Below are positions 19,993 through 31,900 of a stretch of DNA of 64,000 nt, in pieces. Source of the stretch: a virus; IMG/VR virus record IMGVR_UViG_3300024255_001088; one strand, 5' to 3'. The notes below the pieces were generated by a model. That model saw nothing but the letters and a program-made list of their open reading frames with translations, did no database searches and was not told the origin of the DNA. Both the position numbers and the translations under genes were made by a program. How positions within the stretch are numbered: position 1 is the stretch's first letter; each line of letters begins with the position of its first letter.

Positions 19993-20484
19993 ATGGCAGA
20001 TAAGAAAATAACAGCATTAACAGAGATTGCGGCAGGTGATGTCAACAGTGTAGATTTACTACATGTGGTTGATAACCCAGGCGGAACTCCAGTTAATAAA
20101 AAAATGAGTTTGGCAAGAATGTTTAACAATCTTCCAACTTACATTGCATTTGATGATGTTGAAGCATTAACAGATGCAGGTGCAATCAGTAATACTAAAG
20201 CAGTGACAACACTAGACATGACCAGCGAAGGCGGTGATGTTCAGTTTACACTTGCTAGAGGTGTTTCAGTTGGACAAATCAAAATCATCGTAAGAAATGA
20301 TGATGGTGTTTCACATAATGCAGATATTACCGTTACAGGTTATAAAGATGCAACTTCAGGTGCTCCTCAGGTTCTTTTAGAAACTGGTGGTGCTTGTGTC
20401 TTAATTGCATTGGGTTCAGAGGGGTCATTAGTTTGGCATCCACTCTCAATCGTTGGAACAAATTCAACAGTAGCTGGTATATAA
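19993..20484 (+). CDS. Virion structural protein, hypothetical
   Basis: [12 protein letters not shown]-terminus common in phage fibre proteins; AGGAGG RBS. Confidence 0.65.
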   Translation: MADKKITALTEIAAGDVNSVDLLHVVDNPGGTPVNKKMSLARMFNNLPTYIAFDDVEALTDAGAISNTKAVTTLDMTSEGGDVQFTLARGVSVGQIKIIVRNDDGVSHNADITVTGYKDATSGAPQVLLETGGACVLIALGSEGSLVWHPLSIVGTNSTVAGI

Positions 20485-20503
20485 TACCAAATAGGATTCA
20501 TAA

Positions 20504-23500
20504 ATGGCACATGAAAAACACATTGTAGATAGATTATCTACTCGACTACCAAGTCTTCTTCCTGAGTATATCAGAGATGAGGCACCAGTATTTGAGTTGT
20601 TTCTACAATCATATTTTGAGTACCTAGAATCCGAAATCATAGTCCTGACATCGAAAGGTGAATTAACAGGAATACGATACGAGGACGGTACCTCTGAGAC
20701 AGCCTCTTCAGTGCTGATTGAAGAAGGTACCGAAACCTCTGCTCCTGATACATTAACATCTAAGTTAATACAAGAGGGAGAAATAGAACCATTCTCAGTG
20801 GGTGAATACATCTACGGAAACAAAAGTGGTTCAGTTGCAAAGATTAAAGTTATTAATGGTCTAACATTAATAGTAGACACTATATCAGGTACAGGTTTCT
20901 CAGAGACAGAAACAATCACAGGAAGAGATGGTAATCAGACTGGTGTAGTTAAGACATATAAAGAAAACCAAGTAGTCGCAAACAACAGACTATTAGATTA
21001 TTCAGATATAGACAAAACATTGGAAACATTTTTACAGTATTTCCAAAAAGATTTCGTACCATCTCTAGATTTAAAAGAGACACAAAACGCAAGATTAACT
21101 ATTAAGAATATCGGAACACTGTACAAACAAAAGGGTACTGCTGATTCTGTTAAGTTCTTGATGAGATTATTATATGGTGAAGATGCCGAGATATCTTACC
21201 CCATAGACGAAACTGTATTCGCATCCGAATCAGGATATGGTGAAGATAGAAGACTTGCAATTTCAATGAATCTATCACAAGCTGTACCGTCAGCAACTGA
21301 TAGAATAAGACAATATGACATTAACGATGCTAGTATTGTGACAGCAGAGGCAGTCGTAGAACAAGTATCACCAATAGATTTAGCAAACAATGAGTATTCA
21401 CTCTCTATATCGAAAGACCACAGAGGAACATTTGAGTTCAACAAAGAGGCAAAAGTATTAGATAGAGATGGTGTCACCGAGTATATCGGAACAGTTAAGG
21501 GTATTGTATCTACAGTAGACCCAACAAACGGTTCAATCTATTTCTCATTAGAAGACTCAACTGGTTCTATATTAGACGAAGATGGAAATGGATTACTACA
21601 TGAAGAAACTTCAATTGGTTCTATGTATAGTCCTCAAGACTTCATCAACTTCACTGGTTCAAAAACAGATACAGATGCAAATAGGGCATTAGGTAATGTG
21701 ACAGGACTAACTAGAGGTCCTGTAGAAAAGATTTATATAGAAACTACTGGTCAAACTTACAGTGGTGGAGATATTGTAGTATTCGATGACGAAGGTACAG
21801 GCGGAGGTGGTGCAGAGGGTATCATTGGTGCAGTCGGTGATGAGATAATCTTAGAAGATGCTCATGCAGATGAACAGTATGAAATAACCGCAGTTGCAAA
21901 CCAAACTGTATTTGGTGGTGTAATACAAAATGGAAATAGATTCGATAATGTATTAGATGACCATGGCAAACCAATTTCAATTAACAGATTTCACGGTGCA
22001 TTAGAAGTTCACATCGATGGCATAGTTCAATCACAATCAACATATAGTATAGAACCACAAAAGATAACATTCACAACAAATCCAAATTTAAGTGGCGGAG
22101 AAAGAGTAGAGATATTTACCGATAAGAGTAGATTACTGTACGAAGATGGTACAGAGATGTTAATCAATGCATATCAAAATACTGATGGTGGTTCAATTGT
22201 ATCAACAGACCAAAGAGTAAGACGAGTCGAAATAACAAGTGGTGGTGCAGGATATGAAACACTGCCTCAAGCATTCCCAGGTGGTTATCTATACTTTAAA
22301 GATACGACAGGATTCCAAAAGGGTGAAACTATTACAGGTTCTACTTCAAACGCTACAGGTACAATTTTAAGACTAGAACCGAAAAAGAACAGAATCGTAA
22401 TTAAAAGATTCAGTACTGATACTGGTGTTTTCCAAGATGGCGAAAACATAGTAGGGGGAAATTCTTCTACAACTAAAGTTTGTAGTAGTGCCAAGGTATC
22501 AGATGGTACAGGTGCTAAGTTCTTCGCATGGTCATCTAGGATTGGTGGTATTGAGAAGGTAACTTTACTAGACCAAGGTAGTAAGTTTGATTCAGATGCA
22601 GTATTAGACGAAGCAACATCTTTCCATAATATGTTGATAACTACACCATCAGGTAATCTAAACAAAGGCATAACAATTACTGGTGTAATTTCTGGTGCTA
22701 CTGCAACAGTTCAAAATTACGATACAATCAGACAAATACTCAAGTATAAAAACTTAAAGGGTATGTTCATCAATGATGAAAAGGTAACTTATGAGAGTTC
22801 AGATAGTTTCTTAATTCTTAAGAATGACCCATATACTGCAAGAGGTAAAGTTGCTGGTGAAGGTTTAATAAACGATGGTTTCTTAAGTGACAAAGGTTAT
22901 CTATCTTCTAAAGTTGCAAACATACAAGATAGTAAATTCTATCAGTCTCACTCTTATGTTATTAAAGTTGGTGAGTCAATCAATAAGTATCGTTCTATAG
23001 TTAAAGACTTAGTTCATCCATCAGGTCACTTATTCTTTGGTGAGGTTGCACTCAAGTCTCAACTTCTAGGTTCATCATTAGATGGTGTTAAAGAAATACC
23101 ATTTGATGTTAATGAACAGAACAAAATGGGAATTATTTCTACAGAGTTTGTTCCCACAATTGTCATTCAGGCATACCCAACAGACAATATGTTGTTCGAA
23201 GAATCTACTAGAGATAAATCAGTTAGAGTTTTAACTGAAGACGGTCATCTGTTAGAAAATGAAGACTCCAGAGACAATGTAGCACATCTAAGTAAAGAAA
23301 CTCTCATGTTGTTCCATACAACTTCTGCTGAAGTAGAAAATCAAGACATGATACTTCAATATCGTGAGGCATCAGGTACAAACATATCAACAGATAAACA
23401 CAAGGGTGCAGGTCATTTAAACATTCTAAACAGAAAAGAGTTTATAACAAGTGCATTAGATACTAAAATAGATAATGACCCAAGTACTGTATCATCAATT

Positions 23501-24310
23501 AGAAGACCAACAATAACAGAATTCAATACATTCATACAAAAATCTCCAAGAAGAGATGGCGCTGTGACTGTATTAAATCTCGACACTGCCGACCACGATT
23601 ACTATGTGAATAATTCAAATGTTCCATTGACAAGTGAATACGGTAATGTTGCGATAAGACCTGCTGACTCTGGTAAAGTATTTCAGTTCTGGCATCCGTC
23701 AGAAGAAGTATTGATACATGAAGACGGCACAAAGATTTTAAACGAAGAACCTTTAAACTATGTAAGATTCGATCCATTCGATAGAGACTTATATGGTGAA
23801 AAGATTTTAATGGAAGATGGTTCAGGTAGTTTCTTACTAGAAGACGAAACTGTACCTGAGACTAGAGAGTATTTTGTGACTGAAAGGTCAATTGAACTAG
23901 ACAATTCTTACATGTATATGGAAGACAATTCTAGAATAGTATTTGAAGATGGTGTTCCTATAGTAGATGAAGAGTCAGGCGAAGAGGTACATACATTCAT
24001 TCCAATTGGTCCGACTTTAAAAACCCTAAATAAGATTGCATTCCAAAATTGTTATAAGATATCTCATTATATCTTAGATGAGACTTCTAGTGCAAATGAA
24101 GAAGACAAAATCTTATTAGAAGATGGCATAAGTGGTCTACTTTCAGAAGATTCTGAAAAAGACGGACTAACAATTAAACAGATGAGTGACCTGACAGGTC
24201 TTTTATATGTCGAAGAGATAGATAAAAAACAGAGAAGAAGAACTAATATTGCATTTAGTTCCTATGTTAATTCATCAAATATTACAAATAGTGCCTTGGC
24301 ATTGTTATAA
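20504..24310 (+). CDS. gp7: Baseplate wedge initiator
   Basis: LPEYI...FLQSYFEYLE, LYKQKGT, IQDSKFYQSHSYVIK...VHPSG; lies between gp6 and gp8. Confidence 0.85.
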   Translation: MAHEKHIVDRLSTRLPSLLPEYIRDEAPVFELFLQSYFEYLESEIIVLTSKGELTGIRYEDGTSETASSVLIEEGTETSAPDTLTSKLIQEGEIEPFSVGEYIYGNKSGSVAKIKVINGLTLIVDTISGTGFSETETITGRDGNQTGVVKTYKENQVVANNRLLDYSDIDKTLETFLQYFQKDFVPSLDLKETQNARLTIKNIGTLYKQKGTADSVKFLMRLLYGEDAEISYPIDETVFASESGYGEDRRLAISMNLSQAVPSATDRIRQYDINDASIVTAEAVVEQVSPIDLANNEYSLSISKDHRGTFEFNKEAKVLDRDGVTEYIGTVKGIVSTVDPTNGSIYFSLEDSTGSILDEDGNGLLHEETSIGSMYSPQDFINFTGSKTDTDANRALGNVTGLTRGPVEKIYIETTGQTYSGGDIVVFDDEGTGGGGAEGIIGAVGDEIILEDAHADEQYEITAVANQTVFGGVIQNGNRFDNVLDDHGKPISINRFHGALEVHIDGIVQSQSTYSIEPQKITFTTNPNLSGGERVEIFTDKSRLLYEDGTEMLINAYQNTDGGSIVSTDQRVRRVEITSGGAGYETLPQAFPGGYLYFKDTTGFQKGETITGSTSNATGTILRLEPKKNRIVIKRFSTDTGVFQDGENIVGGNSSTTKVCSSAKVSDGTGAKFFAWSSRIGGIEKVTLLDQGSKFDSDAVLDEATSFHNMLITTPSGNLNKGITITGVISGATATVQNYDTIRQILKYKNLKGMFINDEKVTYESSDSFLILKNDPYTARGKVAGEGLINDGFLSDKGYLSSKVANIQDSKFYQSHSYVIKVGESINKYRSIVKDLVHPSGHLFFGEVALKSQLLGSSLDGVKEIPFDVNEQNKMGIISTEFVPTIVIQAYPTDNMLFEESTRDKSVRVLTEDGHLLENEDSRDNVAHLSKETLMLFHTTSAEVENQDMILQYREASGTNISTDKHKGAGHLNILNRKEFITSALDTKIDNDPSTVSSIRRPTITEFNTFIQKSPRRDGAVTVLNLDTADHDYYVNNSNVPLTSEYGNVAIRPADSGKVFQFWHPSEEVLIHEDGTKILNEEPLNYVRFDPFDRDLYGEKILMEDGSGSFLLEDETVPETREYFVTERSIELDNSYMYMEDNSRIVFEDGVPIVDEESGEEVHTFIPIGPTLKTLNKIAFQNCYKISHYILDETSSANEEDKILLEDGISGLLSEDSEKDGLTIKQMSDLTGLLYVEEIDKKQRRRTNIAFSSYVNSSNITNSALALL

Positions 24311-24313
24311 ATA
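24306..24313 (+). promoter_or_regulatory. T4-type late promoter
   Basis: TATAAATA upstream of gp8. Confidence 0.8.
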
Positions 24314-24354
24314 ATAGAACGAATTATAAAAAATAACTTGGAGTTATAAAGAAA

Positions 24355-25857
24355 ATGGCAGCAATAATCACAGAAAAATTTAGAACGCACAATGCAAGGC
24401 AGTTCATTGAAGACTTCTCAGAGAGTGGTCAAAAGAACTATGTCTTTATTGGTCGTTCACATGCATGGGCAGATGACACACAACCACCTCCTCCTGCGAA
24501 CTCAGAATCAGAAGAAATCGGTGTATATGAAGACATGATTGCCCTAAAGGCAGTCGCTTCAACTGATATCTCACATGGATTGGTAAGATATAATTGGACA
24601 GATGGTACTAAGTATGATGAATACAGAGATAACTATTCTGCTTCCAATACAACCAATGTCACAAATGTATCTAACTTCTTCGATGGAAGAGGTTATGTAA
24701 TTACAGACGAATTTAAAGTATACAAATGTTTAAGAACAGGTGTTGATTCAAATGATGCAACTATAAATTCTACAGTTAAACCAACAACTATTTCAACAAC
24801 AGTTCCTGAAGTGACCGCAGATACAAATGCATCTTTAGGATATATGTGGAAATTTATGTACTCAGTTACCGCTTCAGATGTTATTAAGTTTGTCACTAAC
24901 GACTTTATACCAGTAAAATCACTTGGTGCTAAATCTGCTGTAGTAGGTTCTGGTACAAATGGTGGGTTTGGTTCAACTGCTGATGATGATGGTTCTGCTC
25001 AATGGGATGTTGAAAACGCTGCCGTAGACGGCGCAGTTTATCATTATGTCGTAACCGCTGCCGGTTCTGGTTACACAAGTGGTTCATCAAATACATTTAC
25101 AGTTAATGTTCCTGTACAGGGAGATGGTTCTGGTGCAGAAGTCACTTTAAGTTTCGTTTCAGGTAATTTAAAACAAGCATATCATCGTTCTGGTACTAGT
25201 TATTGGGGAACAGGTTATAAAAGAGCATCATTACCTACATTAGACTCCAATGTTTCAGGTATTGCAGGTGGTTCAGGTGCTACAGTTCATATTATAATGT
25301 CGCCAATTAATGGTCATGGTGCTAACCCTATCGAAGAAATGGGTGGTAACTATGCAATCGTAAACTCTAGATTAGAGTTTGGTGAAGGTCTTGATGGTGG
25401 GTTTAGTGATTTCCCAACAGACAATGACTTCAGAAGAATTGGTCTTATTAAGAATCCAGTAAAAGCATCATCTGGTGCTGTTTCTGGAGATGCAACAATG
25501 ACTGCAACAAATATGTTGACAGTTGATAATGCTTCTTCAATTAATGTTGATGACTTACTTACAGATGCTTCATCTGAATCAGCAACCACTGCTAAAGTAA
25601 GAGTTGTATCTAAGACAAGTAATACTCTAAAAACCTTACCTGTTGCTAATTCAGGTGGCGAATATATCGCATTTGCAAATGATGATGAAGTCTATAAAGA
25701 TGGCACAAAAGTTGCTGATGTTACCGCATCTGGTGTCTCTTCTGACCATCCAGAAATGCAAAGATTTACAGGTCAAATTCTCTATGTTGAAAATAGAGGC
25801 GCAGTTTCAAGAGCCGCTGACCAAATTGAAGATATTAAACTAATTATTGAAATGTAA
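24355..25857 (+). CDS. gp8: Baseplate wedge subunit
   Basis: MAAIITEKFR, YVFIGR, VYKCL, GYMWKFMY, DFRRIGL, QIEDIKLIIE. Confidence 0.93.
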   Translation: MAAIITEKFRTHNARQFIEDFSESGQKNYVFIGRSHAWADDTQPPPPANSESEEIGVYEDMIALKAVASTDISHGLVRYNWTDGTKYDEYRDNYSASNTTNVTNVSNFFDGRGYVITDEFKVYKCLRTGVDSNDATINSTVKPTTISTTVPEVTADTNASLGYMWKFMYSVTASDVIKFVTNDFIPVKSLGAKSAVVGSGTNGGFGSTADDDGSAQWDVENAAVDGAVYHYVVTAAGSGYTSGSSNTFTVNVPVQGDGSGAEVTLSFVSGNLKQAYHRSGTSYWGTGYKRASLPTLDSNVSGIAGGSGATVHIIMSPINGHGANPIEEMGGNYAIVNSRLEFGEGLDGGFSDFPTDNDFRRIGLIKNPVKASSGAVSGDATMTATNMLTVDNASSINVDDLLTDASSESATTAKVRVVSKTSNTLKTLPVANSGGEYIAFANDDEVYKDGTKVADVTASGVSSDHPEMQRFTGQILYVENRGAVSRAADQIEDIKLIIEM

Positions 25858-25860
25858 TAT

Positions 25861-25883
25861 AGGGAGTTTAACTCCCCCTTTTT
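25861..25883 (+). terminator. Putative intrinsic terminator
   Basis: GGGAGT-TTA-ACTCCC stem followed by a T tract after gp8. Confidence 0.55.
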
Positions 25884-25912
25884 ACATTCTTAAATTTAAA
25901 GAAGATTAAACT

Positions 25913-28900
25913 ATGTCAGAAAAAACAGACTTAAATATATCACCATACTACGATGACTACAATGAGGATAATAATTATCACAAAGTACTCTTCAGAGCAG
26001 GTAGACCCCTACAGGCAAGAGAACTAACTCAGTCACAATCAATCTTACAAAACCAAATACAAAAATTTGGTAGTCACATGTTCAAAGAGGGTTCGATTGT
26101 CAATGGTGCAGAGACAGACATCGATATGGATGTCGAATATGTTAAAGTCGAGGCAACTAATCCTAACTCTACTGGAACAGCTGATGTCGCTACATATCTA
26201 AGTGGTTTCACAGGTAAACTAATTCAAGGAGAGACAACTGGAGTCGTTGCAGAGATAGTAAAAACAGTTGCATCTACAGGAACAGATTTAGCAACTATTA
26301 TTGTAAGATATTTACAACATGGTACAGACGAAACTGCAACAACAAATCCTTCAGAAAGATTTAGTCCTTCTGAAGAGATAAGTGAAGTTAATGTTAGTGC
26401 CGCTGGTGCAATAACCACTGCATCAAATAACAATGAATTCAAAGTAGCTGCACTTGGTCTTTCACCAGTCGGCCGTTCATCTATTGCAAATATAAATGAG
26501 GGTGTTGTATTCTTAAGAGGATACTTCGTCAAAGTAGATGCACAAACAATTGTATTAGAAAAGTATAATGGTAAACCTTCTTATAGAATTGGTCTAGACA
26601 TTGTAGAAGAACTTGTTGGTTCTGGCACTGATACAACTCTACTAGACAATTCACAAGGAACAACAAATGAAAACGCTGCTGGTGCAGATAGACTTAAGTT
26701 CACATTAACACTTGCTAAGTTCGCACTAACTGCTACAACAGATACAAACTTTGTAGAGTTGGGAAGAGTTAGTAATGGTGTTATAGAATTAGAAGTAAAA
26801 AGACCAGTATACAATCATATAGAAAACACACTTGCACAAAGAACATTTGATGCGAATGGTGATTTTGTAATACGACAATTCACACATTCATTTAGAGAAC
26901 ATTTACTAGACGGATTCAATAGAGGATTCTATGAAGCGTATCAAGGTGGAGATGAGAGTCAATTTGTTATGCAAGTCTCTCCTGGTAAAGCATATGTTAA
27001 AGGTTACTCTATTGATAAAACAGGCACAACGAATTTAACATTAAACAAGGCAAGAACAACAGAGGCGCTTACAAACGCAAACACACCTGCAAGACTAGGA
27101 AACAAATTAAGAATTAAAGATTCACATGGTCAACCAGAGTTTGGTGATTCTACAAATACAGAATCATATAAAGCAATTCAACTATTTGATAAGGCAACTG
27201 CAACACCAGGCACACTTAATGCATATTCAGATGCAGACTATGTTGGTCATATCGGTTTTGCAAGAGTAAGAAACATTGACGAACACTCAACTGCTTTTGA
27301 AAATCTATATCTATTTGATATCAAGATGTTCACAATGCTAAGTTGTACAGTCAACGCAGACAACTTTAAGGCAGGTGATAAAGTCACAGGTTCAGCATCT
27401 GGTGCAACAGGTATTGTTGCATATGCAGATACTACAAACAATCATGTTATGGTACATGATGTTGTCGGTACATTTAAAACAACAGATGCCCTAGCATTAA
27501 AAGGACAAGGTACATACAGTTCGTCTTCTACTATCGCTGCTGTTCGTAGTTTTCAGGTAGAAGATGCAAGAAGTGTTGGTCAAACTAGGTCTTCTGAAAC
27601 AACAGGAACACAACACTTTACTGCCAATATTGCACTAGACCACGACAAAATCATATCGGGTCTAACAACAATCAATAGTAATAAGTCTTTGACTGGTGTC
27701 GGTACTGCCTTCTTGACTGAACTAAGAAAGGGTGATATAATCTTAGATGGTAATGGTGTCGAACAAGTAATCGATTCGGTTACAGACAATTCAAATGCGA
27801 CTACAATTAGTGCGCCAACAAGTGCAGTTCAAGTTGGATTACTTAGACGAAGAGCAAAACTTTACAATCAAGACCAATCTTCTACAGTATTTGCATTCCC
27901 TAGAGACCATGTAAGTAAATCAACACCTACAGAGATTACAGTTAAGTATCAAAAAGAATTTACAGTTGGTTCTTCTGGTGAGATAAACCTCACAAAAGAA
28001 GCAAACGAATCATTTGAACCAAAAAACAACGACAACTATCAGTTCGCAATTGTAAAACAATCAACAGATAGTAATAGAACTAGAGCTGATGGTGTAGTTC
28101 TAGGAGGCGATGATGTCAGTTCCGTCAATGTGTCATCAGGTGAAGTTGTATTGGGTGCAACTGCTGATGCAGGTGCAGTCGTAAGGGCGACATATACAGT
28201 TAGTGTCACTAACCCAACATCGAAATCAAAGAACTTAAGAGAGTTTCGTGCATTAAGATTCACTAAGAACGATGCACATGCAGATAATCCATTCTATGGT
28301 ACTGCATACGACCACAAAGAACTATCTCTTGGTGTCTCAGATGTATACAAAATCAGAGGCATATTTGAGGCAGTTCCAGGAACAGATACAAGTGGTATTG
28401 CAACACCACCAAATGCAGTCATAACTCTAACATCTGGTACAAGTACTACAGGAAATATAATTAAAGGTGCTACAACAGGTGTTCGTGCTAAACTTATGAA
28501 GTTTACTGATACGCAAACATGTTATTTTTACTATTTAGGAACTGAAAAGTTTACCGCAGGCGAAACAGTAGTAGATGAAACAACAGGTGGAATTGCAACC
28601 ATAACATCATTAGGAGTTCAATCTCCTGAAATCACAAGTAGATACTCTTTAGATAATGGTCAAAGAGATGGTTATTACGACCACGCAAAACTTATTTTAA
28701 AACAAGGACAGACAACACCGAATAATCAAATAACAGTATTGTTTGATATGTTTACAGGTGGTTCTGGTGATTTCTATGATGTAAATTCATATTCAAGTGT
28801 TCCATATAAAGACATTCCTAACTTCTCACCAAACAAAGTAGACTTGGGTGGTTTTGAACCAGATGGACAATTTGAACTTGCAGATGCAGTAGACTTTAGA

Positions 28901-31900
28901 CCATCAGTTGGTCAACTATTTGGTAATGCAGATTTAGTTAGTCAGAGTTATGTATTCAATATTGCAAGTATATTAGATGTATCAGACTACAGTAGTGGTA
29001 ATGGTACAGGTCACTTAATATCTCCATTTGCATATGAAGCAAGAAGTTTTGAATCCTCTAGAGATAATCTATTAGGAGTATCTTCTGCTGATATTACGAC
29101 ATCACATTCAACATATTCAAGATGTCCTTTACCCACATCAATGATTAAGTCAGACATAGAGTTCTATGTGCCTAGAATCGATAAAGTATTCTTACATAGA
29201 AGTGGTAAATTCGAAGTTGCACAAGGTAATCCGACCTTAACACCACAAAGACCAAATTCAATTGATGATTCTTTAGAAATGTTCGAATTGTTTATACCTG
29301 CATTTACAAGAAATGTAAAACAAATACAAGTAAAAACAAAAGACTACAGAAGATTTACAATGGGCGACATTGGTAAAATCAATCAGAGAGTCACAAACTT
29401 AGAAAGAATTACTGCATTGTCTTTATTAGAGAAAGACACACAAACAAAACAGATATTAGATGCACAAGGTTTCGATAGATTCAAATCTGGTTTCTTAGTA
29501 GATAACTTCAGAGGTCACAAAATTGGTGATGTATCTCATCCTGATTATCATGTTGGTATAGATACTAAATTGGGACAATTAAGACCAGAATCAGTATCAA
29601 ACTTCTTTGATATGGAATTAAATGCATCTGGTTCAACTGGTTATCAGCAGACTGGTGATTTAATTACATTACCTTACTCACAAGTATCATATGTAAATCA
29701 AGATAAGGCATCTAGACATGTCAATGTTAATCCATATCATGTATTTGCATTTATAGGTAATGTCAAATTAACTCCTGGTTCTGATATATGGAATGATACA
29801 GAACAATTACCAGAAGTTAGAATCAACAGAGAAGGAAACTTTGACGCTGTTCTTGCAGAGAATCAAAACTCACTTGGAACAATATGGAATAACTGGCAGA
29901 CAACATGGGTTGGTGAACCAACCGTAGTTAGTTCTTCAGTAGATGCAGCTGTTCCTGGCAATTGGTCTGGTGACCCTGCTCAAGGTGGTGAATGGGTTCA
30001 AGGTACAATCATAACAACAGAGATTACCGAAACACCAGAAATTCAATCAAGACAAGGTGTTAATACTTCAGTAGTTGAAGACTTTGTAGAAACAAGAAAC
30101 GATAGAGTTGTTAGTGTCAGTGTTATACCTTTCATTAGAAGTAGAGAGATAACCGCAGTAGGAACTAACTTAAAACCAAACACAAAACACTTTGTATACT
30201 TTGATGGTATCAGAGTAGATGGTTATGTCACACCTAGTAGTGCTGACTTCTCACAAGATGGAACAACAAACAAGGGTGTTGGAATAAAAACAAATGGTAA
30301 TGGTAAAGTAGAATGTAAGTTCTTAATACCTAATGACCAATTCCAAAGATTCCCAACAGGACAAAGAGAATTAAAGATAACATCTCAGTCATCGAATCAA
30401 AGTAATCCAGATTCAATGGGCGCAGAGATTTATCAAGCACAAGGTCTCTTAAATAGTTCACAAACAGAAATAGTATCTACTAGAAATGGTAGAGTGGTGA
30501 CAGAAAGATTATCAGGCGAAAGAACAATTACAAGAAGAGGTGAAAGATTAAATGTGACAGGAGATGGTTCATTACCACCCCCACCACCACCTATTGTGCC
30601 GCCTCCTCCAGTACCACCGACACCACCACCTATGCCACCAACTCCGGTATATGTGCCAGTCCCTGTACCAGTTCCGGTACCTGTGCCAGTCCCTGTACCA
30701 GTTCCGGTACCTGTGCCTGTGCCTACACCGCCTACTACTGTTCCTATACCACCTCCTGTACCATTACCTCCAAGGTTCCCACCCGCTGATTTAATGGTTC
30801 TTCCAAGAGAAGAAGGCAGAAGAATATTTGACTTTGATATTCCAGCAGAACCAAGAGGTTGGCAAGACCCATTAGCAGAATCATTCATGGTAGAATCTGA
30901 TGGCGGTATGTTCCTAACATCTATAGATGTATTCTTTAAGAGTAAGGCAACTAGTTTACCTGTATCAGTAGAAATCAGAAATATGATAAATGGATATCCA
31001 GGACAGACAACTATACCATTCTCAATTGTGACAAAGAATCCAGATGAAGTCAATACTTCAGATGATGGTTCATCCGCAACTACATTTACATTTGAGTCAC
31101 CTGTATACCTAGAAGACAAACATGAATATTGTTTTGTTGTGTATACTAACTCAACAGATTACGAGTGTTTCATTTCCAGAATGGGCGAAACAGATTTAAT
31201 TACTGGACAGACAATATCAGGACAACCATACGCTGGTTCGTTGTTCATGTCTCAGAACGCATCTACATGGACAGCAGAACAAACAGATGACTTGAAGTTT
31301 AATATGAGAGTCGCTAAGTTTAATACAACTACAGCTGCAAACATCGTGTTTAACAACGCACATTTACCACCCAAGAAATTGCAGAATAATTCAATAGAAA
31401 CTTTTTCTAATCAATCATTCTTTAGAGTATACTCTTACTCACATGGTATGTACGACAATCAATCGAATGTTGTTATATATGGCGTAGAAGGAGATAAGAA
31501 GAATGGTGTATTAACTGTAGCAGGTTCAACAACAGGAACTCCAACTGCTGGTACATATAACAATAGTGGCGCCAATTGGGATTCCACAGGATATACCTAC
31601 AGTGGTACTGGTACAGGACTTAAGATTGATACAATAACAGTTAATAGTGGAAATCAAATTAGTTCAGTGACAATCAAAGACCCAGGTGTAGGTTATACTG
31701 CAAACGAATCTATCACTATTAATAACTATGATGGTTCAAACAATGCAACTATAACATTATCAAGTGTTGGAGATACATTGGGTGGTTTCCCTGTAGATTC
31801 AATTAATAAAGTATTCAGTAGTATCAATAATTACGGTATCGACTCATTTGCATGTACACCAGACTTAACATCGTATCACTTATCATATACCAATGCAGTT

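Noticed and set aside
30433-31119. Minus-strand Gly-Thr repeat ORF
   Set aside because: Shadow of the Pro-Val tract in the + strand gene.
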